A stretch of DNA of 64,000 bases from Elusimicrobiota bacterium. Lineage in GTDB: Bacteria; Elusimicrobiota; Elusimicrobia; UBA1565; UBA9628. The position numbers were made by a program, and so were the translations under genes. A model generated the notes under the pieces. That model was not told the origin of the DNA and searched no databases. It was given only the letters and a program-made list of their open reading frames with translations. Of this stretch, positions 37,143 to 49,359 are shown in pieces; position 1 is the stretch's first letter; each line of letters begins with the position of its first letter. Location: assembly GCA_016182905.1 (NCBI GenBank), contig JACPFR010000005.1:76185-140184 (forward strand). The letters are read 5' to 3'.

Positions 37143-38173
37143 CGGGCCGCCCGGACCTTCATCCCGCTCGACAGCTTGCCGAGCACGGGAGGCGCGGCGA
37201 GGGCGACGCGGTCGCCGTCCGCGAGGCCCGAGACGATCTCCGTGAAGCCCCGGCCGTCCTCGGCGCCCGCGACGACCGGGCGGAACTCCAGGCGCTTGCC
37301 GGCGATGACCCAGACGCCGCGGCTCGAGCCCCGGGAGACGACCGCGGCCGAAGGCAAAGAAGGCGCGTTCGTCCGGGTCTCGTCGGTGATGAGGACGTCG
37401 GCCTGCTCGCCGAGGTGGAAGTCCTTGAGCGGGGGGGTGAACGCGACGTCGACGACGAGCTCCTCGGTCACGCGGTCGCTCTCGCGCCCCACCCGGACGA
37501 CCTCGCCCGGGAACGCCGCGCCGGGCGCGGAGCGCAGGCTGATGACCGCCTTCCGGCCCACGGCGACCCCGCGCAGCAGGGATTCGTCCACGTTGGCCTT
37601 CACCCACACGGTCCTCGCGTCGACGAGGCTGAAGATGGCCTGTCCCGGGGTGACGATCGCTCCCTTCTCTAGATGGCGCGAGATGATCAGCCCGTCCTCG
37701 GGAGCGGCGATGAGCGTGTCGTCGAGCCGGGCGCGCGCCGCGGCCTCCTCCGCCGCGGCCACCCGGTCGGCCGTCTCGTACTGCTCGGCCTCCAGACGGG
37801 AGACCAGGTCCTTGTCCGCGAGGCTCCGGTAGCGCCGGGCGTTGCGGCTCGCCAGCTCGAGGGTCGCGCGGGCCTTGCGCAGCTGCCCGGCGAGGTCGTC
37901 GTTCTCCAGCCTCGCCAGGAGACGGCCGCGCTTGACCCGGTCCCCCTGGTCGGCGTAAAGCTCGACGATCCGGCCGGTGAGCTTGCTGGACACGCCCACG
38001 ACCACCTTGGCCTCCACGGTGCCGTTGCCGTAGACCTGGGCCGTGAGGTCGCGCTTCTCGAGCCGGACCTCCTTGACCTTCGGCGCGGAGAAAAAGGCCG
38101 CCTTCAGCAGGACGAGCAGGGCCAAAGCGCCCGCCGACGCGATCGCCGTCTTTCGTTTCGAGTCCATAGTCAC
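37139..38173 (-). CDS. efflux periplasmic adaptor subunit (HlyD/MacA family)
   Basis: Signal anchor, coiled-coil (LAGQLRKARATLELASRNARRYRSLADKDLVSRLEAEQ), lipoyl and beta-barrel segments. Confidence 0.85.
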   Translation of the reverse strand: MTMDSKRKTAIASAGALALLVLLKAAFFSAPKVKEVRLEKRDLTAQVYGNGTVEAKVVVGVSSKLTGRIVELYADQGDRVKRGRLLARLENDDLAGQLRKARATLELASRNARRYRSLADKDLVSRLEAEQYETADRVAAAEEAAARARLDDTLIAAPEDGLIISRHLEKGAIVTPGQAIFSLVDARTVWVKANVDESLLRGVAVGRKAVISLRSAPGAAFPGEVVRVGRESDRVTEELVVDVAFTPPLKDFHLGEQADVLITDETRTNAPSLPSAAVVSRGSSRGVWVIAGKRLEFRPVVAGAEDGRGFTEIVSGLADGDRVALAAPPVLGKLSSGMKVRAAR

Positions 38174-39429
38174 TCCTTCCCGAGCGCGCGCTCGAGCCGG
38201 GCTCGCGCGATCATGGCGTCATAGGTCGCCTGGATGCGGGCCGTTTCCGCGTCGATGGCCGAGGACTGGGCGTCGGTCACCTCGATGATGCTCCCGACTC
38301 CCTCCCGGTAGCGCGCGCCCGCCAGAGTCCGGCTCTCCCGGGCGGCTTCCTCCTGCTTCCCGGCCGACTCGACGCGCGCGGCCGCCTCGCGGACGGCGAG
38401 CCACGCGGCGTCGGCTCGCTTCCCGACGGCGAGCGCCGTGTCCTCCCGCTCGGCCGCGACCGCCCGCAGGGCCGCGTCGGCCTCCCGGGCCTTCTCGCGC
38501 GTGGAGAATCCGCTGAACACGGGGACGGAGAGGCCGATCCCGGCGCTCCAGACGTTCCCGTGAGGGGGGAACGTGCCGTCCGCCCGGCCCGCGCTCGCCG
38601 CGCCGGAGAGGACGGGGAGGTAGTCGCTTCGCGCGGCGCTCGCGTCCGCCCGGGCGGCGCCCAGCAGGGAATCGAGCCGCCGGACGTCCGCGCTGCCGGC
38701 CAGGGCGAGCCGCCGCGCCTCCTCCCGGTCCGGGACCTCCGCGAGAGCCGCCGCGGGCTCGGCGAGGGCGCGCGTCTCGGAGCCCGGCCTTCCCATCGAG
38801 CCGGCGAGCTCGACGCGCGCGAGGTCCCGGTTGTTCTCCGCCCGGATGAGCGCGGCCCGCGCGGCGTGGAGCTCGGCCTCCGCCCGGCTGACGTCGAGCT
38901 TCGAGCGGACGCCCTCGTCGAAGTACCCCCGGGCCTGCCGGAAGACCTCCTCCTTCGCCGCCGCCGCCTCGCGCTCGGCGGCGACTTGACGCTCGGCGGC
39001 CAGGACGAGGTAGTAGGCCTCCCGGACCCGGAGCGCGGCGTCCTGGCGGGCGGCCGCGCGGGCCTGCTCGGCCGCGGCGCGATTGAGCCGCGCCGCCTTC
39101 GCCGCGCCCGAGGTCCGGCCGAAATCGTAGAGGGTCTGCTTCAACTGCGCCGACGCGGAGTGGACCTCCGTCTCCTTCAGCGAGCCGGAGCCCAGGATCG
39201 GATAGAACGCGCGGCTCCGGGTCCAATCGGCGGCGATGGAGATCTGAGGATAGTAGGCGGCGTAGGCCCGCGCGCCGCGCGCCGCCGCGGCGTCAGCCTC
39301 CGCTCTCGCCGCGACCGCCCGCGGGTGATCCTCGAGCCCGGCGGCGACCGCCTCCTCCAGCGTGAGGACACCCGCCGCGCGCACGGCCGCGGCGGGCAGA
39401 GCCAGGAGGAGGAGGAGTGCCAGATTCAT
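38170..39429 (-). CDS. TolC-family outer-membrane efflux protein
   Basis: Signal peptide, 419 aa, duplicated coiled-coil OMF repeats. Confidence 0.8.
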   Translation of the reverse strand: MNLALLLLLALPAAAVRAAGVLTLEEAVAAGLEDHPRAVAARAEADAAAARGARAYAAYYPQISIAADWTRSRAFYPILGSGSLKETEVHSASAQLKQTLYDFGRTSGAAKAARLNRAAAEQARAAARQDAALRVREAYYLVLAAERQVAAEREAAAAKEEVFRQARGYFDEGVRSKLDVSRAEAELHAARAALIRAENNRDLARVELAGSMGRPGSETRALAEPAAALAEVPDREEARRLALAGSADVRRLDSLLGAARADASAARSDYLPVLSGAASAGRADGTFPPHGNVWSAGIGLSVPVFSGFSTREKAREADAALRAVAAEREDTALAVGKRADAAWLAVREAAARVESAGKQEEAARESRTLAGARYREGVGSIIEVTDAQSSAIDAETARIQATYDAMIARARLERALGKE

Positions 39430-40064
39430 GTCCGTTCCCGCGTCAGGGCGGAGAGGGCCAGGTCCACCCGGATCGCGATGGACTTATCGGAACTGAAGAG
39501 CGGGAAGAGCGCGGCCGGCGCCAGGCCGAAGGGTTTTTTCGCGGAGGACCTCTCGATGACGCCCATGGCCACGTTGGGCATGGCCGCGGCGCCCAGGAGG
39601 AACGACATGGCGAGGGGCAGCGGGATGTCCTTGAGCTCGCCCCGGCGCTGGCATTCCTTGACCAAGCCGGCGATGATCTCCATGTGGCGGGGGATGTTGG
39701 CCTTGGCGAACTCCGTGGCCACCGCGTCGCCTTCCATCACGTCCCGGACTATGGCCAGGATGATCTTGCGGTTGTCCCGGGCGAAGCGCGCGAGCGCGGC
39801 GAGGGCGCCGCGCAGGCGCTCCTTGGGCGGGGCGTCGAGGCCCGTCTCCATGCTGAAGCCGCGGAAGAACTCCTCGTAGATCTCGGTCAGGACCCGGCGC
39901 GCGAACTCGCGCTTGCTGCCGAAGTGATAGTGGAACATGCCGAGATTGACCTTGGCCGCGGCGGCCACGCGGCGGAGCGTCAGGCCGGAGACGCCGGTCT
40001 CGGGGAGGAGCTTGCGGCCGGCCTGGATGAGGAGCGTGTCGGTGCTGCGGGACGGTCTGGGCAT
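39426..40064 (-). CDS. TetR/AcrR family transcriptional regulator
   Basis: N-terminal HTH (GLTLRRVAAAAKVNLGMFHYHFGSKREF). First gene of the efflux operon. Confidence 0.85.
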   Translation of the reverse strand: MPRPSRSTDTLLIQAGRKLLPETGVSGLTLRRVAAAAKVNLGMFHYHFGSKREFARRVLTEIYEEFFRGFSMETGLDAPPKERLRGALAALARFARDNRKIILAIVRDVMEGDAVATEFAKANIPRHMEIIAGLVKECQRRGELKDIPLPLAMSFLLGAAAMPNVAMGVIERSSAKKPFGLAPAALFPLFSSDKSIAIRVDLALSALTRERT

Positions 40065-40073
40065 GCGGCCTCC

Positions 40074-40109
40074 GTATTATACGGCTGTATAATTATACAC
40101 CCGTATAAC
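40074..40109. promoter_or_regulatory. candidate TetR operator: nested palindromes immediately upstream of the tetR-efflux operon
   Basis: CCGTATtATACGG, TGTATAATTATACA and the outer pair TTATACGG - N16 - CCGTATAA. Includes a TATAAT -10-like element. Confidence 0.55.
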
Positions 40110-40116
40110 AACGGCG

Positions 40117-41292
40117 TCAAGACCCGCGTCCCGCGGCGGACGGCTCCGCCGCGGGGGCGAGCGCCGGCTGCAGCTCCAGCGTGATCCAGTAGAGCAGGAC
40201 CCAGCTCACGCGCCTGCGGTACTCCGCGTCGTAGAGCGGGCTGTAGGCGTCCTCGCCGTAGAAGAACATCCACGAGTCGCAGGCGTAGTACAGGACGCGA
40301 TGGACGACGTGAGGATCGAGCAGGAGGAGCAGGGCCGCGTAGCCGAGCTTGCGCGGGGTCAGGCGGAAGGACACCGCCTGGAAGTGCCGGCGGTCGCGCA
40401 CGCCGGTGAGGCGGTAATCCTCGGTGCGGTCCTCGACGCTGCGGACGCCGAACCACCGGCGGCACTGCGCCAGCGGCCCCTCGTCGACGAAGGGGTAATA
40501 GCCCGAGTACATCTTGTCCATGAAGTAGGCGTGCCAATAGAACTTCCAGTCCCGCGGCTTGCGGGTCTGGTGCAGGCAGGACAGGAAGACGCGCCGGGCC
40601 GGCGAGGCCTCATTGAGGAGGCGGGCGGCGAACAGGCACATGTCGGAGTAGATCCTGTTCTGCTTCTCGAGGTCGTTGCGGTCCTCCATGCTGACGTAAT
40701 GCTCGACGGTGTCCATGAAGGTGACGGCGTCGAAGCGGCCGTACAGGCGCCGCTGGAGAGCCGGGTCCGTGAGGATATCCTTCCAGTTCGTCGCGTGCAC
40801 CTCGAGGCCGTATTCGCGGCGGGCGTACTCGGCCTGCTCCGGCGTCATGTTGATGCCCACGGCCTCGCAGCCGAGCTCGTCGCGGCAGTAGCGCAGCCAG
40901 TCGCCGTAGCCGCAGCCCACGTCGCACACCGCCATCCCCCTTCTCAGGCCGAGCTTGCGCGCCATGTGCTCGTATTTCGCGCGCTGGGAAAGCCCGCCGT
41001 CGACGACGAGGTTGAAGCCGAGGTCCCGGCCGCTGCCGGCGGTCCCGTCGTACATGTTGTGGATCCACTGATAGCTGCGCCGCACGCGCAGCTGGGAGTC
41101 GAACAGCAGGGAGCGGCCGAAGACCCAGAAGAGGATATCGTCCAAGGCGAGGGCCGCCGGCGCGAACAGCGCGCCCCAAGGCCCGAGCGTCCAGGCCAGG
41201 CCGCCCGCGGCGGCGAGCAGCCCCCACCAAACGACGGTGTTCCGGTCGACGGCGACGAGCATCGCGGCGGAGCGCGTGTTGTCCTTGGTCAT
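40117..41292 (-). CDS. class I SAM-dependent methyltransferase (cyclopropane-fatty-acyl-phospholipid synthase-like)
   Basis: VCDVGCGYGDW SAM-binding motif and CFA-synthase-like context (SYQWIHNMYDG ...). Start set at MTKDNT; the upstream 124 codons of the ORF are an artefact. Confidence 0.65.
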   Translation of the reverse strand: MTKDNTRSAAMLVAVDRNTVVWWGLLAAAGGLAWTLGPWGALFAPAALALDDILFWVFGRSLLFDSQLRVRRSYQWIHNMYDGTAGSGRDLGFNLVVDGGLSQRAKYEHMARKLGLRRGMAVCDVGCGYGDWLRYCRDELGCEAVGINMTPEQAEYARREYGLEVHATNWKDILTDPALQRRLYGRFDAVTFMDTVEHYVSMEDRNDLEKQNRIYSDMCLFAARLLNEASPARRVFLSCLHQTRKPRDWKFYWHAYFMDKMYSGYYPFVDEGPLAQCRRWFGVRSVEDRTEDYRLTGVRDRRHFQAVSFRLTPRKLGYAALLLLLDPHVVHRVLYYACDSWMFFYGEDAYSPLYDAEYRRRVSWVLLYWITLELQPALAPAAEPSAAGRGS

Positions 41293-41404
41293 GGAGGGAC
41301 GCGCCGCAACGCTGCGGCCAAGGCGGGCGCGCCGTGGCCGGATTGATGCGATCGTCAAAAAAAGGAGACCGGACGAAGACGGCGGACGAGGGAGGGCGGC
41401 GACC

Positions 41405-42094
41405 ATGGCGAAGACGACGACGAGACCGGCACCCGTGAGCATCCCCGCGCGGGGCGTGGAGGTGAAGGGGGACCTGGTCGTGCCGGCGGACGCGACGGGC
41501 GTCGTGCTGTTCGCGCACGGCAGCGGGAGCAGCCGTCTGAGCCCGCGCAACCGCTTCGTGGCGGAGGCGCTGAACCGGCGCGGCCTGGCCACCTTGCTCG
41601 CCGACCTGCTGACCGCGTCCGAGGAGGAGGCCGACGCCGCGACGGCCGAGCTGCGCTTCGACATCCCGTTCCTGGCCGGGCGCCTCGACGCGGTCTCGAG
41701 CTGGCTGCGGGACCGCCCGGAGACCCGGGGGCTCCCTTTAGGCTACTTCGGCGCCAGCACCGGGGCGGCGGCCGCGCTCCTGGCCGCGGCGGCCCGCCCC
41801 TCGGAGGTCTTCGCCGTGGTGTCGCGAGGCGGCCGGCCCGACCTGGCCGTCGAGGCGCTCGCGCTGGTCAAGGCCCCGACCTTGCTGCTCGTCGGCGGCG
41901 AGGACCGCGAGGTCCTCGCGATGAACGAGGTCGCCGCGAGCCTGATGACGGCGGAGCGGCGCCTCGAGGTCGTGCCGGGCGCGACGCATCTCTTCGAGGA
42001 GCGCGGGGCGCTGGAGTCGGTCGCGCGCCTGGCCGGCGACTGGTTCCTCGCGCATCTCCCGGGGGTCGTATCGTTGCGTCCGAGAAGGGCATGA
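41405..42094 (+). CDS. alpha/beta hydrolase (dienelactone hydrolase-like)
   Basis: VLFAHGSGSS ... GYFGASTGAAAAL (nucleophile elbow G-x-S-x-G) ... C-terminal His. Confidence 0.65.
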   Translation: MAKTTTRPAPVSIPARGVEVKGDLVVPADATGVVLFAHGSGSSRLSPRNRFVAEALNRRGLATLLADLLTASEEEADAATAELRFDIPFLAGRLDAVSSWLRDRPETRGLPLGYFGASTGAAAALLAAAARPSEVFAVVSRGGRPDLAVEALALVKAPTLLLVGGEDREVLAMNEVAASLMTAERRLEVVPGATHLFEERGALESVARLAGDWFLAHLPGVVSLRPRRA

Positions 42095-42987
42095 ACCGCT
42101 TCCCGCCGAGACGCATACTCGTGGCCGCGGACCTGTCGGCGCCGTCGCTGTCCGCGGTCGGCGCCGCGCGCTCCCTGGCGCTGCGCTGGGGCGCGGCGCT
42201 CGAGATCGTGCACGTCCAGCACCCTCCGGTGCTCGCGGGCTGGGTCGGCCTCGCCGGCATGCCGGGGAGCGTCTCGACCGCGGCGGTGGAGCCGCGCCGC
42301 AAGGTGGAGGAGCGCCTGCGCCGCGCGGCGGCCGGGTTCCCCGAGGAGCGGCTCAAGCTCCGGACGGTGCACGGGTGGCCGACGGCGGCGATCATGGAGC
42401 TGGCGCGCCCGGAACGCGCGGACCTGATGGTCATGGGCACGCACGGCCACGCCGGCCTCGACCGGCTGCTCGCGGGCTCGGTCGCGGAGGCGGTCATACG
42501 GCGCGCGCACATCCCCGTGCTCGTGGTGCCGGAGAGGAGGAGCGTCGCGGGGGGCGGGCGCGTGCTGGCTCCGTGGAACGGGCGCCCTTACGCGACGCGG
42601 GCGCTGCGCTGGGCGCGGGAGGTCGCGCGCGGCCTCGGCTCGGCCCTGGACGTGCTCCACGTCGACGAGGGCGGACGGCCCCTCGGCGGGAACGCGGCGC
42701 TGGGGCGGCGGCTCCTGTCGTCGCTGGGCACGGGCCCGGATTGGACCATGATCGAGCGCTCCGGCGACGCGCGGGCGCGCATCGTCGCAGAGGCGAACTC
42801 CGGACGCTATGAGCTGGTGGTCCTGTCCGCCCACCGCCGCGCCTTCGCCTCGGACTTCGTGCTCGGCTCGACGGCGGAGCGCGTGCTGCGTCACGCGGCG
42901 GTGCCCGTCCTGGCGGTGCCCTCGGGACGCGCGCGCGCGCGGCTCGTCCGGCGCCTGCGCGCGCGCGCCGGCGCCCGCCTCTACTAG
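42091..42987 (+). CDS. universal stress protein (tandem UspA domains)
   Basis: Two Usp domains, each ending in the G-x-H-G ... GS motif (MVMGTHGHAGLDRLLAGSVAE; HRRAFASDFVLGSTAERVL). Confidence 0.8.
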   Translation: MNRFPPRRILVAADLSAPSLSAVGAARSLALRWGAALEIVHVQHPPVLAGWVGLAGMPGSVSTAAVEPRRKVEERLRRAAAGFPEERLKLRTVHGWPTAAIMELARPERADLMVMGTHGHAGLDRLLAGSVAEAVIRRAHIPVLVVPERRSVAGGGRVLAPWNGRPYATRALRWAREVARGLGSALDVLHVDEGGRPLGGNAALGRRLLSSLGTGPDWTMIERSGDARARIVAEANSGRYELVVLSAHRRAFASDFVLGSTAERVLRHAAVPVLAVPSGRARARLVRRLRARAGARLY

Positions 42988-43052
42988 CCGGAGGCCGTAG
43001 CGTTGCAACATTCATAATATTCCGCTTCAGGTGGACCAAGGAGATCAGACTA

Positions 43053-43375
43053 TGGCGACGATGATGAGACGCAAGCACCAAAAGACGGCGATGCTGGCCG
43101 TCGAGTATCCGCGGCAGAGCGAGAAGATCACCTCCTCCGATTACACCGTCCGCGTGTTCGCGCCGGAGTCGGCGAAGAAGGTCGGCATCTCGATCGATCA
43201 GGGCCCCTGGAAGTCCTGCCGGTCCGCCGTCGGCTATTGGTGGTTCGACTGGACGGGCTACGAGAACGGCGAGCATCAGATCGTCGTCTCCATGGAGACC
43301 GCGGAAGGCACGCGGATCATCTCGGAGCCGCACGAGTTCTTCGTCGAGCGCGCGCCGAGCCTCATCGCGCGCTAG
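43053..43375 (+). CDS. small Ig-like (E-set-like) protein, paralog family member 1 (GYWWFDW motif)
   Basis: YTVRVFAPESAKKVGISIDQGPWKSCRSAVGYWWFDWTGYENGEHQIVV. AAGGAG RBS 8 nt upstream of the ATG at 43053. Confidence 0.6.
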
Positions 43376-43383
43376 GAGGGCCC

Positions 43384-45753
<2,370 letters not shown>

Positions 45754-45834
45754 GCGTCACCTCGCCTCAATTGTGACGAACGACATTACCTCCTAAAATC
45801 AGCAAGGGCAGTCCGATGCAAAGGGAGGTTGTGA

Positions 45835-47364
45835 ATGCTGGTCCAGGATCTTCTGCGGAGGAGCGCCGCGCGGCTGCCGGACAAGACCGCGCTGGTCTGC
45901 GGCGAACGGCGCTTCACCTACGAGCGGCTCGACGCCATGTCGAACCGCCTGGCCAACGCCCTCCTCGCGCGAGGCGTGCGAAGGGGAGACCGGGTCGCGC
46001 TGTACCTCGACAACTCCCTCGAGGCCGTCGTCGCGATCTTCGCCGTCCTCAAGGCCGGGGCCGCGTTCGCCTCGATCGGCCGCGGGACCAAGCCGGACAA
46101 GCTCCTCGCCATCCTGAACGACTGCGCCGCGTCGGCGATCGTCCTGGACGTCGCCGCCCTGGGCCAGGGGCTCCTCGAGCGCCTGGCCGAGGAGGCGTCC
46201 TCGCTGCGCTGCGCCGTCGCCTGCGGGGGCGCCCCGCGTCCGGTGCATCCTCTGCTGGCCGATTTCGCCGAGATCCAGGCCACGGCTCCGGAGTCGGCGC
46301 CGGAGCCCGCGAGCATCGACCTCGACCTGGCCTGCCTCATCTACACGTCGGGGACCACGGGCGAGGCGAAAGGCGTCATGTGCGACCACGCCGGGATGAT
46401 CTTCGTCGTCGAGGCGGTCGCGCGCTACCTTAAGAACTCGGAGCGGGACGTGGTCCTGAGCGTCCTGCCCCTGGCGTTCAGCTACGGCCTCTACCAGCTC
46501 CTCGCCATGGTCTGCTGCGGCGGGACTTTGGTGCTCGAGGAGTCGTTCGCGTTCCCCGACCTCGTGATGCGCAAGGCGGCGGCGGAACGGGTGACCGGCT
46601 TCGCCGCGGTGCCCTCGATCTACGCCCGGCTGCTGAGCATGGACCTGGGCGGCATCGACCTCTCGTCCCTGCGCTACCTCACCAACGCCGCGGCGGGGCT
46701 CCCGGTCGAGCAGGTCAAGCGGGTCCGGCTCCTCTTCCCCCGGACGGAGCTCTACCTGATGCACGGCCTCACCGAGACGGCCCGGACGATGTACCTGCCG
46801 CCGGAGCAGGTCGACGCGCGGCCGGGCTCGTCCGGACGGGCGCTCGAGGGCACCGAGCTCTGGCTCGAGGACGAGGACGGCGGACGGCTCGGCCCGGGAG
46901 AGGTGGGCGAGCTGATCGTGCGCGGCCGGCACGTGATGCGCGGCTACTGGGGCGCGCCGGAGGAGACCGCGCGGCGGTTCCGCGCCGGGCCGCTCCCGGG
47001 CGAGCGGGTGTGCTGCAGCGGCGACCTGTTCCGCATGGACGAAGCGGGCTATTTCTACTTCGTCAGCCGCAAGGACGACATCATCAAGAGCCTCGGCCGG
47101 AAGGTGGCGCCGCGCGAGACCGAGGACGTGCTGTACCGCCTTCCCGGCGTCCTGGAGGCGGCGGTCGTCGGCGTCCCGCACCCCGAGCTGGGCCAGGCGG
47201 TGAAGGCGTTCATCGTCGCGCCGGGCGCCGGCCTGCTCGAGGCCGCGGTGATCGCCCATTGCCGCAAGCACCTCGAGGACTTCATGGTCCCGCGCACGGT
47301 GGTGTTCGTCGCCGAGCTACCCAAGACGCCCTCGGGCAAGCTCCGGCGCAAGGACCTCGTCTGA
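45835..47364 (+). CDS. AMP-dependent synthetase/ligase (fatty acyl-AMP or acyl-ACP/CoA ligase)
   Basis: AMP-binding signature IYTSGTTGEAKGV, TE hinge motif, and C-terminal lysine (PKTPSGKLRRKDL). Confidence 0.85.
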   Translation: MLVQDLLRRSAARLPDKTALVCGERRFTYERLDAMSNRLANALLARGVRRGDRVALYLDNSLEAVVAIFAVLKAGAAFASIGRGTKPDKLLAILNDCAASAIVLDVAALGQGLLERLAEEASSLRCAVACGGAPRPVHPLLADFAEIQATAPESAPEPASIDLDLACLIYTSGTTGEAKGVMCDHAGMIFVVEAVARYLKNSERDVVLSVLPLAFSYGLYQLLAMVCCGGTLVLEESFAFPDLVMRKAAAERVTGFAAVPSIYARLLSMDLGGIDLSSLRYLTNAAAGLPVEQVKRVRLLFPRTELYLMHGLTETARTMYLPPEQVDARPGSSGRALEGTELWLEDEDGGRLGPGEVGELIVRGRHVMRGYWGAPEETARRFRAGPLPGERVCCSGDLFRMDEAGYFYFVSRKDDIIKSLGRKVAPRETEDVLYRLPGVLEAAVVGVPHPELGQAVKAFIVAPGAGLLEAAVIAHCRKHLEDFMVPRTVVFVAELPKTPSGKLRRKDLV

Positions 47365-49343
47365 TGTGCGGCATCGCGGGCGTCTTCGACCGGTCGCGGC
47401 GGGAGCCGGCCGCCGAGGAGGGGCTGCGGCGGATGCTGGGCGCGCTGCGCCATCGCGGGCCCGACGAGTTCGGCGTCCTGATCGACCGCGAGGCGGGGCT
47501 CGGCAGCGCGCGCTTGAGCATCATCGACCTCGCCGGCGGCGGGCAGCCGATCGCCAACGAGGACGGCACCCTCTGGATCGTCTTCAACGGCGAGGTCTTC
47601 AACTACGTCGAGCTGCGCGCGGAGCTCGAAGCGCAGGGCCACCGTTTCCGGACGCGGACGGACACCGAGGTCGTGCTCCATCTGTACGAGCGGCACGGGC
47701 CGCGCTGCCTGGAGCGCCTGAACGGCCAGTTCGCCATCGCGATCTGGGACGCGAGACGGCGCCGCCTCTTCCTCGGCCGCGACCGCCTCGGCGTGCGGCC
47801 GTTGTTCTACGCCGAGACGCCCGGCGGGACCCTCCTGTTCGCCTCCGAGGTCAAATCCATCCTGAGCGACCCCCGCGCGCGGGCGGAGATCGACCCGGAG
47901 GTCGTCCGGCAGGTCTTCCTGTTCTGGGCCCCGACCGCGCCGCACACGGCGTTCAAGGGGGTCCTCGAGCTGCCTCCCGGGCATTTCCTGCTGGCGGACG
48001 AGCGCGGTCTTCGCGTCGAACGCTACTGGGAGAACGCCTTCCCCGAGGACGGGGGCGCCGCCGCGGCGGGGCGCCCGTTCGAGGAGGTCGTCGAGGAGTT
48101 CCGGGCGCTGCTGACCGACGCCTGCCGCATACGGCTGCGCGCCGACGTCCCGGTCGGCGCCTACCTCAGCGGCGGCCTCGATTCCTCGGCCATCGCCGCG
48201 ATCGTGCGGCGGAGCACGACGAACCGTCTCGTGACCTTCTCCATCGCGTTCGACGACGCGCGCTTCGACGAGAGCTCGTATCAGCGGGAGATGGCGGCGC
48301 ATCTGGGCACCGAGCATCACGTCGTCCAGGCGACGTACGAGGACATCGGCCGGGTCTTCCCCGAGGTGGTGTGGCACGCCGAGTCTCCGATGATGCGCAC
48401 GGCCCCGGCCCCGATGTTCCTCCTCTCCCGGCTCGTGCGCGACCGGGGCTTCAAGGTGGTGCTGACCGGAGAGGGCTCGGACGAGTTCCTGGCCGGGTAC
48501 GACATCTTCAAGGAGGCGAAGGTGCGCCGCTTCTGGGCGCGCGAGCCCCGCGGGAAGGGGCGGCCGATGCTGCTCAAGCGGCTCTATCCCGACATCGGAG
48601 GGCTCGGGGAGAGCCATCACGAGACGCTCGCCGCGTTCTTCGGGGAGGGGCTCGGCGACACGGAGTCCCCGTGGTACTCCCACGCGGTGCGCTGGCGCAA
48701 CAACCTGCGCACCTGGCGCTTCCTCGCCGGCGAGGCCGCGGCGCAGCCGCACTTCGCCCGGCTCGCCGCCGCCCTGCCCCTTTCGTTCGGGCGCTGGGGG
48801 CCGCTGGCGCGGGCGCAGCATCTGGAGATCAGCATCTTCCTGTCGCACTACCTGCTCTCCTCCCAGGGCGACCGGATGGGGATGGCGAACTCCATCGAGG
48901 GACGCTTCCCGTTCCTCGACGTCCGGCTGACCGAGTTCTGCAACCGCCTCCCGCCGCGCCTCAAGATGCGCGTCCTGCGCGAGAAGCACCTGCTCAAGGC
49001 GGCCGCGGGCCCCTGGCTGCCCGCCCGGATCAGCGGCCGCCCCAAGCGGCCGTACCGGGCGCCGATCCACCGCAGCTTCTTCCACGCGGGCGCCCCGGAC
49101 TACGTCCGCGAGCTCCTCGGCGAGAGGGCGCTGGCGGGCTCCGGCCTGTTCCGGCCCGCGGCGGTGGCGCGGCTGGTGGGAAAGATCGAGGCCGGGGCGC
49201 CGATCGGGGAGACGGACGACATGGCGGTGGCCGGGATCCTCTCGACGCAGCTGCTGCATCATCAGTTCGTGAAGAGCGCCCGGCGGACGTCCCCGCTGGG
49301 CGCGACGGACCCGGTGAAGGTCTGCCGGCTGAACGCCAACTAA
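47364..49343 (+). CDS. asparagine synthetase family amidotransferase (glutamine-hydrolysing, AsnB-like)
   Basis: N-terminal Ntn Cys (MCGIAGVF). PP-loop (AYLSGGLDSSAIAA). 659 aa. ATG overlaps the ligase stop. Confidence 0.85.
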   Translation: MCGIAGVFDRSRREPAAEEGLRRMLGALRHRGPDEFGVLIDREAGLGSARLSIIDLAGGGQPIANEDGTLWIVFNGEVFNYVELRAELEAQGHRFRTRTDTEVVLHLYERHGPRCLERLNGQFAIAIWDARRRRLFLGRDRLGVRPLFYAETPGGTLLFASEVKSILSDPRARAEIDPEVVRQVFLFWAPTAPHTAFKGVLELPPGHFLLADERGLRVERYWENAFPEDGGAAAAGRPFEEVVEEFRALLTDACRIRLRADVPVGAYLSGGLDSSAIAAIVRRSTTNRLVTFSIAFDDARFDESSYQREMAAHLGTEHHVVQATYEDIGRVFPEVVWHAESPMMRTAPAPMFLLSRLVRDRGFKVVLTGEGSDEFLAGYDIFKEAKVRRFWAREPRGKGRPMLLKRLYPDIGGLGESHHETLAAFFGEGLGDTESPWYSHAVRWRNNLRTWRFLAGEAAAQPHFARLAAALPLSFGRWGPLARAQHLEISIFLSHYLLSSQGDRMGMANSIEGRFPFLDVRLTEFCNRLPPRLKMRVLREKHLLKAAAGPWLPARISGRPKRPYRAPIHRSFFHAGAPDYVRELLGERALAGSGLFRPAAVARLVGKIEAGAPIGETDDMAVAGILSTQLLHHQFVKSARRTSPLGATDPVKVCRLNAN

Positions 49344-49359
49344 CCTGGAGGACACTATC

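Noticed and set aside
35259-37832. 857-aa plus-strand ORF across the ABC efflux operon
   Set aside because: Antisense to ATPase, permease and adaptor genes that have Walker, FtsX and HlyD signatures. Composition is nonsense.
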